The notes below the pieces were generated by a model. That model saw only the letters and a list, made by a program, of their open reading frames with translations. It searched no databases and had not been told where the DNA came from. Positions 38,975 through 49,800 of a DNA stretch of 64,000 bases are shown piece after piece (within the stretch, counting starts at the first letter, position 1; the number at the start of each line of letters is the position of its first letter). The position numbers and the translations under genes were made by a program. The stretch is from assembly GCA_964106915.2 (NCBI GenBank), contig OZ066921.1, one strand, 5' to 3'. Source of the DNA: Podarcis gaigeae. Taxonomy: Eukaryota.

Positions 38975-40525
38975 AGGGGAGAAAGGGACGAGCGGCTCCC
39001 GAGCGCAGGAGCAGGTGGGCGGGAAGGAGGCACTGGCGCTGCTGTAGCGGAGGAGGCGCTTCCCCGCCTCTCTCTCCGGCTACCAGGCGGCGGCCATCTT
39101 GGTCCAGTCACGTGAGATATCAGGTGCTTCCTGCTTCCCCCCCTTCCCGGCGGTCTCACGTGACAAGTTCCCCCGAGCCGCTTTTCTTCGTTCATGCGGT
39201 CCTCGAACCGGCTCCTGCGCGTCACCAGCGATCAAGTGGCAGTCAGGGTGGCGCAGTCCACCTTGAAGCTCGGGGAGGCTTGATAGGGCTTCTCGCCCAG
39301 CGCCTTCCAGCGACGCCTCATCCGGATCGGCAGACGCCCCTCTGGGGCTGTGGAGCGGGATCGCCCAGCTCCAAGGGCCAGCAGCTCTCGCAGGTGGCCT
39401 GACCTAGTATAAATCACTTTCCTGCCTTTCTGGGCTGCCTCCAACTCAGTGCTGCTCATAGACCCACTGATACAGATGGCTTAAGTAGTCGCCTGCATTT
39501 ATGTCAGCGGGTCTCGTAGACCCAGCATTTTCCTCACTCTACTGTATAAACTAATTGCCTTCAACAGTTTAACACTCGAATCCCACCTTTCGTCCAAACA
39601 GACATTTGGGGACCCCTTTAAAATTCTGGCAAATAATGCCGCTGTCCTAACCCTCTGTTGCAGAGCATTGCTGTAAAGGAGGGGTGGCGAACCTGCAGCC
39701 ATCCAGCTGAGGAGACTTGGGAGTCCCAACAACTTCTGGAAAGTGCCGACATTAGCCTGCTTAAAGCATTTCAATTTGAAGGAACTTAAATGATGGCATG
39801 TTGAGTGAGAAACAGTCAAAACCAAACTTATCCCCCATGTCCCTAAGTTTCATTTGAAAGACTGGCAGCACAACCCCCTCTACCTGTTTATTTAAATGAA
39901 AGCCTGGCACTAGGACAACTGTGAGCAGTGGGAGAGATTGTGCTGCTCAATTAGGAATCAGCCACTTGTGGAAATGGCTCACTTTTCTCTATTTGGCCCT
40001 AGTATGTTGTCAGAGCCAACACTGGGGGAGGGTAGTTCTGAAGAGAAGCATGCTGGCAAATAGCACCTTGTTGGAAAGCATCTGGGTCATAAGGAGGCCC
40101 TGGTCTCCATCACTATCACCAAGAGAAGTCCTGTTATCCCCTCTGGAGTCAAATATTTCACTGGATATTTTGTCCATGCCCTTATATATTTCTCTGCAGC
40201 CAGAAGTTCCAGAAACAGATTATCAGGATGCCAGCTGTCCCTCTCAACCTAACCTGCATATTTGCACAGCTGAGTCTACAGACAGGTATGTGACATTATA
40301 CACAACCCTGATGTCACAGGTCTTGGTTGTTCTGCCTCTCCCACTTTCTACCAATGGAGGGAACTGACAGCTGATTATTGCCATCCAAATCATCTAACTG
40401 TTTCCAGGCAACCTGAGCAGACATTAAGCTTTTTGGTCTGGCTCTCTCCCAACCAGATCCCAGAATCCTACCTGCAGCCTTGTCCTGACAAACTTTCAAG
40501 CAGTTTCTTGTTTTGTTTAATAACC

Positions 40526-40531
40526 TTTATT
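40526..40531 (-). terminator. Probable HYDIN polyadenylation signal AATAAA
   Basis: tttatt on the + strand, about 485 nt downstream of the HYDIN stop codon. Confidence 0.6.
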
Positions 40532-41014
40532 CCAAAATAAAATCTTATGTAACAAGACATTCTTATCATGAATACAAGGCAGAAGCTCATTTTGCACATT
40601 TCCAGGTGATGTTTTATGCTGCTGCATTAACTTATTCAGCAGATTCAACACTGGAGGAATGTTAAGGGCAGAAGGACATTCCTGGTATGGTGTGTGCTGC
40701 CCTCCTTACACAAGGAGACACTTGGTTTGTTCTGACAGAAATCTTGCATGTTGGAAGCCCTGTATAACACACCCTGCTGTCCTCAGTGCTTTCCTCCCCT
40801 CTGTGCCTGCCGCAAGGACAATCACAGAGGGCTTTCCTTCCAAAAGGAACAGAGGCATTGCCAACTTTCCCTTCTCCTAAGAAAAGCAAGGAAGATGCTT
40901 GACACAGGGGCTCAAATACCAAAAAGCAAGACAATGCGCTGACCGTCTAGCTCTCTCTCCCTCCTTATGGCAATGCTTAAATGAAACAAGACAACACAGT
41001 GGCTCTCCACAGTT

Positions 41015-41503
41015 TCATTTCTCAGGTGTGATACCCTTTAGATAATAAACCCAGGAGACGCCTGAGCCCAGCCCAGCTGCACGAGGACAAGAGACAACCA
41101 GCTTGCTGGTGACAGCGGCTTTGGTGCCACTTGGGTTCCCTTCAAAGGAAACTAGGATGGTAGCTGATTTCTTAGCCTTAATAGTCTCAGTGGCCTTCAC
41201 AGTGAAGGCAGAATTCTCCACAATGTAGGAGAAAGCCATGGGATGCAAGAAGACATTCTTAAAGGGAATGGATGTGTTGGTGCCAGCCCTGATCTGAATA
41301 GGCCCCTGTGGTTTAGGAGGGATTGATGTGCCACTGAGAGGGATGACGTAGTCGCCTCCTATGGCTGAGGAAAGGACAAGTGTTCCCTTGCATTCACCCA
41401 ACTGGCAAGGCTCGAAGATTACTTCCACGCTGACCTCAGTGCCTCCTAGAGATCCTGCGGGTGCATTGATGACTTTATCCACGTGGAAGTCAGGGCAGTC
41501 AAG
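41015..41503 (-). CDS. HYDIN: HYDIN terminal coding exon
   Basis: LDCPDFHVDKVINAPAGSLGGTEVSVEVIFEP...WVYYLKGITPEK-TGA; acceptor tttctctctttccag; 489 nt. Confidence 0.95.
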   Translation of the reverse strand, partial: LDCPDFHVDKVINAPAGSLGGTEVSVEVIFEPCQLGECKGTLVLSSAIGGDYVIPLSGTSIPPKPQGPIQIRAGTNTSIPFKNVFLHPMAFSYIVENSAFTVKATETIKAKKSATILVSFEGNPSGTKAAVTSKLVVSCPRAAGLGSGVSWVYYLKGITPEK

Positions 41504-44500
41504 CTGGAAAGAGAGAAATCACAGTCTGGTTGGTCTGGTGGCTGCAGTTGTACCACAGAGCAGACAAACGTAACATTTCTTATTGACTCAAGTCTTGTCC
41601 AGAGGGTCAGAACAAACTCCAGTAAAACAGAACAAACAAACTGGGTTGCATTACTGTTGTGCTCAGGCTCAGTTACTGCTTCCTCTCCCTGGCAAAACAC
41701 CTCCTGCAATGCCTTTGTCCTTTGGAGCAATGAAGCAATCAGCCACCAACCCCAGACAGAAGAGCACAACCCATTGTACTGGTGTGTTCTGAAAACAAGG
41801 AGTCTCCCTGGAGAGGGGAGGGATAGAGGTGGGGGTAGGCCCCATGCACCTAGAGGCATTTCACCCTGGCAGCCTTTGAAAACTAACACAGGCATCGTAA
41901 GGCAGATCTCCTTTTCCTTGTGAGAAGAATCCCAACTTGGGCACAGAAGGAAACAATCTGGAGCCTGGCAGCAGCTATTTTTATTTATAATATCCTGGAG
42001 GGTGAGATATTTGTCAGAACCCAAAAGGTGAGTAGGTTCTCCACAGTAGTTTGGCCTAAATGACACAGCCTGAAGTGTAGGATGGACTCTCAAAAGTGAT
42101 GAGGCTTCATGTGCAACAGCAGGAAAGGCAGCAATGTACCACAGCAGGTGGGCAGCCAGGCTTTCCGCCATTTTTTCTTTCAAGACCAGAGGCCTCTTGC
42201 TTTCTCAGTTGCAAATTTGCACTGCACTGCATTGTCACGTCCACCCTTGCCTTCGTGCTGCCTCAAACTTTTTCCACTTCCTCTGCAATTTTCATTTGCC
42301 TGGCAGCAAGGGGGAGACTGATAGAACTCCTTGCATCTTCTGCAAAGAAAAGTCAAAGTTTCCTCGTGGAGAACTCCTCACCTCATCCCAGTCACACACA
42401 TAAACAACCATTTGACTGCTCAAGTCAGCCTGGGTTAAACCTATTGAGCAGGGAGAGGGACCCACAACCAGCTAGCACAGATTTCAGCTATGTCAGAGCC
42501 AAAGTCCAGATAAATTTAACAGCCCTTCCCCACCCTTGCCATTGTCTGCTGGGAGTGGGTGGCACACACAACAGAAGGGTCACAGCTCAGGACAGCAGAG
42601 CAAATGCTTTGCAAAGAGTCAAAGAGACTTGGGAATCTCACTTCAAACCCCGACTCAGCTAGTGTCGCTACCTCTCACAAGTAGGATTGTTGGGATGGGA
42701 TGGGAAAGAACTGTGTATGCTACCTTGAGGTGTTTGGAGAAAGGCAGGGTATAAACATCATAAAGTAAGATATGCACATGGTCCCTGCTTCTGTCCCAGG
42801 CTGGGAAATACCTTTCTCTGCCTGCAAAAGCAGGTCTGACTCAGCAGAAAGCAGCTCCAGAGGGATGTTCACATGCTTTCCAGCTAGTTGGGAAGAGAAG
42901 CTTGTTGGCACTGTGGCCAAGATGGGGTGGGAGGAAGCATTTTGCTTCTGCAGGCCTGTAGCAAGAGCTACAATGCCACAAAGGTGTGGCAGTATCATAA
43001 GCTAGTGGAGCGGGATGATGGGAAAGTTGATTTGCCTACAAGCAAAGGCTACCATGGGTGAAAGCTCTGTGTCTGTCCACTTGGACCAGAAGTGGCATCA
43101 CAGCAACTGGAATCACCTTGGTGGTGTACTCGGTCTTCTGACGAGTGTAGTTGACAAACTTGGCGAAGACAATCTGGCTGCTGCCCAGCATGGCGCAGAA
43201 GGAGAGGGCTTTCTCTGGCCGGGCTGGGGTGGCTTTCAGGATCAAGTCGTATTGGAAGGAGCCCAGCTCATTGCTGTAGAGGGACAGGCGCCCAGTAACT
43301 TCTCCAGGCCTCATTGGTTGGAACTCAAACACAAGCACCCCCTGAGAAAAGAGGGGAGGAGGCAGAACAAGCAACTGGTCAAGAAGTGGAGGGGGATTTG
43401 ACAGTCACTGACTGACTGGCTCCACCCAACTCCCTTTCTCTGCAAGAATGAATGTTCAGCATCCATGGCCAACACTGGGCAGCAGCAGAGAAGGGAGAGC
43501 ATGTGGAAGAGCAGAAGGGGCAAATTCTGGCAGGTTCAAGAGCAGGGTTGGGACAGAGGCACCACAGCCAGTGGGTCAACCTAGAGACAGTTGAGCAGCA
43601 GGCAAGCTGATGAGGGTGGTAGGCTGGGAGGGCAGCATGGAAGGCAGGCAAGGAATGGGCAAGAGAATAGGCAGGCATAGAGAGTTAGTATGGCATAGTG
43701 GTTAAAAGTGTCAGACTAGGACCTGGGAGAGAGCAGGTCTCCCCACTTGGCTATGAAACTCACTGAGTGGCCTTGGGTCACTCACAGACTCTCAGTCTAA
43801 CATACCTCAAATAGTTATTGTGGGGATTAAATGAGGGAGAGAACCATGTATATCATCCTAGGCTCCTTGGAGGGTAAGGTGATAACAGAGAAATCACATC
43901 TCTAGAGGCCAAAATATTCCCATTTTCAGTTGCGCTGGGTCACTTTCTGTTCTACAGAACAGTATGGACTGTTGAACAATGCTAGTAAATCCCTTTTGAC
44001 AATCTAGCCAGTGACAGCCAGATCAATGCCAAAGGTCCTGGCTGCCTGATGACTCTGGGAGGGGCAGGGGACAGGAGGGCATTCCACACCTTGGAGGTGT
44101 TGGAAGCAGCAGCAGCAGCAGCAGCAGCAGCAGTGACATTTCCCTTCCTGTGAGGAGCTTGTTTTCATCTGACAGTAACTCGTGAATTACCTCCCCTTCC
44201 TTATCATGCTGCTTTCAAAATGTGAAAAGAAAGTCAACCAGTCCTTCCTGCAGGCAGAATGCACACATGGGGAAGGAGGGAGCATCTCCACAGGAGAACG
44301 CCGGAGGGAAGGTGAAAGGGTTTTTTAGAGGCCTGCCATAAGGAGACAGTGGGAGGAAAAAGAGGGTGTGTGAGGGAGCAGGAGAGAAATGGAAAAAGAA
44401 AGAAGTCCTGGATTCCTCAGTGAAGAAGGACGTATGAGGGTGAGAGATTTGTGCCAGCTTCCTTCAGCAACTTAAGGGTAGGACTAAAGTTATCCCAGGG

Positions 44501-45806
44501 ATTGTATCAGGTCTGAGCCAGGCTCCAGGCCAGACTGCAGCAGGTGGGAAATCCAGATTTACTATTTTAATTATAATTATATTATTATATTTATATACAA
44601 AGTGGAACCAAAACATTTTAGGGAAAGGAAACAATCACCCAGATGTAGTTCTGCTGACTGCCGAATGACAGCAGAGCCGTCTTGGCCATTGCTAGGTGAG
44701 GCAGTTGCAAGACCAGGCTCTTGGCCACTTCAAAGGCAAATTCATACCTCCGACTGAGCTGGGACAATGAACTGGGGGGGAATGTTGATGTCTGGCACTT
44801 TGCAGTCAGTGTTGAAGGTCACTGGGACATGGAGAGGGTTTTCAACCTTCACAGAAGATGAGGTGCTTTGCCGCACGGGGGTCATCAGCTCAATGGTGCC
44901 AAGTGGGCCACATGGGATGACCTTAAAAGTCACCAAATAGAACAGGAACTCCTGAGTCGTTTCATTGCGGAAGGTCACCTGCAGAGGTAAGGAAGTGTCA
45001 AGGTCAGGAGCTGCCATAGTGGTGACTCCATTGCAGGATGGAAATCCATTCAGGTCAGCTTTATCTTGCCCACCTTTTGCCAAAACACTGCGCAAAACTG
45101 AGCACCCTTGCTTTTCCCAGAAGCACTGAGCATTCAGACTGCTTAGTGCAGGGCAACTGAACTAGTGTTGGAGCTCAGCATCACTGAAACTATGATGAAT
45201 TGCAGTTCTTGCCAGCAGTGGCTGGGCTGCTCTCAGAAAAGGAGAAATGCAAAATGGTCAGGTGACTGGAAAGGATGGCAATGAATTCTCAGCCTACACA
45301 AGACAGCAGATGTAGAGCCTGAGGGGAAATGATTCCAAAGCATTTGATATTGGAAACTTTTTCCTTTTCAGCTGTGCACCAGGGATAACCAATGTGGTAC
45401 CCTCTAGATGTTTTGGACCACAACACTCATCAGCCCTAGACAGCAAAGCCAGCAGTCAGAGATACTGGAAGCTACAGCTGTTTGGCACTGTTTGGGAGGA
45501 AGGGCAGGGTATAAATGTAATAAATAAAACAATAAATGGTCCACAACACCTGGGGGCACCCTCACTGCGAGAAGCCAAGTTACAGGGAACCAGGCAGAGG
45601 GCCTTCTCGGTAATAGCACCCGCCCTGTGGAATGCCCTCCCACCAGATGTCAAAGAGAACAATAACTACAGACTTTCAGAAGACATCTGAAGGCAGCCCT
45701 GTTTAGGGAAGCTTTTAATGTTTGATGCATTACTCTATTTTGGTATTTTGTTGGAAGCCACCCAGAGTGGCTGGGGAGGCCCGGCCAGATGGGTGGGGTA
45801 TAAGAA

Positions 45807-45857
<51 letters not shown>

Positions 45858-46772
45858 TGAGTTGCCCTTCACCCATTTGATACAAAATGCCTTTAAAAAA
45901 CCTGCAGAACAGGTATGGAAATCCCTTGTATGGAAATCCCTGCAGCCCAGAAAGGGGCTGATGGTGGATTAGCTGCATCCCCAAATGCTCTGCTGAGCAG
46001 GCTGTCCTTAAACCTCCACTGATGTGGTTCTTATGAATGGGAGGGATCCTTCTACTTCAGGCACCCTCAGAAGGGCAAAGGGGATAGTGTTCGGGCTGGG
46101 TATTTACCTTGGCACTGTACATGCCTTCCCTGTAAGAGAAGAAGGTGAGCTTGTGGTCCTTCTTGGCAGCAGTAGGCACATCCACATAGTCCAGGGTCTT
46201 CAGTGTGGTGGTCAATTCCAGCCTTTCAGGCTTCAGCATATCCACTGTCACACGGAATCTGTCAGAGGAAGGAGAGTCACCACATTCACCCTCTAAATGC
46301 TCCACAGGGACTAGATGTGGAATGTTGGCTGTGGCTGTGCAGACAAAGAGAGGCCAATTTCTCCCCAGCTTTATCCACTGAAGAAAAACACCCACAAGCA
46401 AAGAACTGTCTTCTGTTACAGACAGGTAGCCGTGTTGGTCTGCCATAGTCAAAACAAAAAAAATTTGGACCACAACACTCATCAGCCCTAGACAGCAAAG
46501 CCAGCAGTCAGAGATACTGGAAGCTACAGCTGTCTTTAAGGTGCTACTGGAAGGATTTTTTTTTGTTTTAACTGTCTTCTGTATAATTTGCAGCTTTTCA
46601 ACTTTTATTCAAGCAAGTTAAAAAATAAATAGCTTAGCCTCTTCAACTGGGTCATGGGCAGGGCCAGGTATGCAGACATTTAGCAGGAAATCATATTTAT
46701 TCCAATGATATGAAAAGATTCACTTACTTGTTTCTACAGATTCAGCTGGTGTTAAAGGCACAGGGCAGCCAT

Positions 46773-46807
<35 letters not shown>

Positions 46808-49800
46808 TTGAAATTTGTATTCTGCCCTATACCCAAGATTCTTGTCCGATTCCATAGCATCCTAAGTCTTTAGTTTGGGTTTTCTTGGAAGAGAAATATA
46901 ATATGGACTTGCTGGAGCAATATTCAAAGGTGGGATTTGATTGATGTGACCACAGAAAGTAATAGAGAAGGAAAAGATGAAAGGAGGCTGAAAGTCCATT
47001 TGGGGGCAAGGTGTTGACTTCCAACTTGGAGAAGCACTGGAGAAACACCACCCCCCACTGCAATTGTGAAAGGAATATATTCATTTTGCTCCTGTGGCCC
47101 ATCACAAGCAGTATAGTCTTGATGGGGGCTCACCAACCTGACTCAAAAGAGTCACATTTCATTGCACAGCTGGACCATCTATCTCACCCATTTCATCGTC
47201 CTTCAATATATTTCTGCTTAGATATATCATCATCAGGCATGAAACTGGTGTGGTTAGGGGGTAGGAAGAGTTTGAGCAACATTTGGGGTGCTCAGAACCA
47301 CCTCTATAGAGACAATGTTCATTTTATGTGGACCTCAAAGTGTATAAGGTTAAGAAAGGCAACTGCTGGGAGCTCTGGGATGTATTGCAGTTTCCTCACA
47401 TAAAATAGAAGAAAGACAGGTGGTGACTCACTCAGAGCTATACTGTTGCCCTGGATTTAGGAGGAGGAGGATGTAACAAAGTGAAAATTATTGTGCCATA
47501 CAGTGCAACCAAACTGCAAGACCTAGACCACAGACTAGCCTAGCTGCTGCATCCTTCACCAGTGTTGCCCAGGTTTTTGAGGTATGCCTGGCTATAGATC
47601 CTTCCTTCCTTCCTTCCCACTTCCTGATGTGGGAATAAGTCATAGCCTGCATGGAGCTCAACACTGGTCACTCCAGAAGTCTCAAGGCTTTCCTTGGACT
47701 GCAACCAAAGCTCACCCAACAGAGTGCAACTCTCAGCCACTGGAACTGCAGAATCCTGGGAGCATGGCCTGTAACAGGTTACTGACAATGGATGCCAAGG
47801 CACACCTTGAACTGTAGAATCCTGCTTGGTACTGGATGGAACAGAAGCTGCCAGTCCCAACCCTATGACCCCCCTCCCCCGTCCCATTTACCTTTGCGGC
47901 TTGTTTAGCCAATTGGAGATGGGGAGAAGTTCTGTGTAGAATGTTTTGCATGGAACTTCTCTTATGATGTTCCCAGCAGACTTTGGAGGCTCTGCGGTGC
48001 CTTGCAGGAGGTACAGCAGCCCCGTCCCATCCGGGAGGGGGAAGAAGATGGACCCCTAACAGGCAAGAGGAGAAATGAGAACCTCAAGATACACACATGA
48101 CCTGACCAGATTTCTCCTGTGAAATGTGGCTGCTTTGAAAGATACTAGGAAAAGAAGATGGTCCTCAGGCCACCTGGCATTTGCAACAGAAAAACAAAAC
48201 AGCTGCCTTCTGGAAATGCCACTCTCTGGAGTAAGCTCACCATGCTTAATGCAACATAGCAGAGCATCAAATGAAGCTGCAGAGGTGCTTCTACAGCTAA
48301 AATACTTTTAGCTCACCTAAAGTAATGAACCGAAGTTAGTCAGATCCATTAACTTCAATGGTTTCATTGAGTATGACTAGCATTGGATCCAACTCTTAGT
48401 TTTGTGTTCTTTTAGTTTAATGTTATTTTATCTTTAATTTTTTTAAAAAAAAATATTGTAATCCTTGGCCATGAAAATCACTGGGTGACCTTAGGCCAGT
48501 CACTGCCTCTCAGCCTGACCCACTTCAAAGGACTGTTGCGAGGATTAAATGAGGAAGGAGAGAACCAAGTATGCTACCTTGAGCTCCTTGGAGAAGTAAT
48601 GTGTGATATAAATGCAATAAATAAAATATTTCTTTTTAATAATTACTTTAAAATAATTATTTTAAAACAATTGGCTGATAAAGGTACATGGGAACTTTGG
48701 GCTGCCAATAGAAAGTCTCCATAGAGAGAAGCCCGCAAATCTAGTTCAATTCCCTAGCAATTCTGATCTGAGACCCAAAATATCCTCTCTGTCCCCCCCC
48801 CCCCCGCCCGGCATCTTTGCCCTTTGTTGTGAAATACCTGGTCCTTCTTGTTGTCTGAATTCATGGCAAGGGGTTTATAGGTGACTTCATATGGCTTGTT
48901 TTGCTGGTGGGCTTCTACTCTAATGAACTCTGGACCCTTCCATTGCTCCCCTTCAATGATTGGCCGCAGGGTCCATGCCTGATTGGTCTTGTTGGATAAC
49001 ATAATGGTCTGTGTGTGCTTTGCCCGCACCTGACATGTGAAATTCACCACCTGAAGAGTGAAAGGAGGGGACGGAGAGTGTCATAGTTTTTTCCTATATG
49101 GTCAACACACTTGAATTCTGAACATGTTCCGGGTGGTTTTAGCACATTCAAAACTAGGCTGTCCAAGCCTCCTTTTCTTCAGAGCTGTTTCGGTACTGGT
49201 TTTCTGAATTTCACCTTGCTAAATAATTTCCCTTCACAAAGAGGAAAAAGCTCTCCAGGGCAGCTGACTGAAGATGGGAATTACACTGGGGAAGCAAGAG
49301 TTCCAGTGCACCATCTCAAAGAAAAAAATAAATGGGTGGACTGGAGGTGGTGGGGTTGTTGCCAGTCTTTCATAGTCTGGAGTCACTTAACCTTGGGCCC
49401 TCAGATGTTCCTGGACTCTACCTCCAATCAGCTGTAGTCAGTAGAGCCAGAAGTTGAAAGATGATGTGAGTTGTAGTTCAACAGCATCTAGAGGGCACCC
49501 AGTTGGGGAAGGCTGGCTTAGAGCTCAAGAGCCCACAAAGCACATCTTCCCCCAAGCACAAAAAGCATTTGCAACTGGCATTTTATCACTGGGGGACATT
49601 TTGAAGACATTTGAGTTGCTACATCTGTATTACTCCTTATTTGGTAATTCAGGGATAGCTACAACATAGTGTCCTCCAAATACTGCTACAATTTCCATTA
49701 CCCCTGGCCATCAGCTATGCCCTCCAGATGTTTTGGGACTACAACTCCCATCACCCCTAGCTAACAGGACCAGTGGTCAGGGATGATGGGAATTGTATTC

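Larger units (their letters stand above)
38560..39400. promoter_or_regulatory. CpG island / VAC14 promoter and 5' UTR
   Basis: Dense CpGs in an otherwise CpG-depleted window; surrounds VAC14 exon 1; contains a YY1-type motif GCGGCCATCTT (39090-39100) and two TCACGTGA E-boxes (39108-39115, 39156-39163). Confidence 0.88.

Noticed and set aside
38779-39402. 207-aa plus-strand ORF antisense to VAC14 exon 1
   Set aside because: Stop-poor GC-rich CpG island plus an AAGG repeat, giving a low-complexity translation.
41446-42183. 245-aa minus-strand ORF
   Set aside because: Mostly the last HYDIN intron and out of frame with the terminal exon; no homology recognised.
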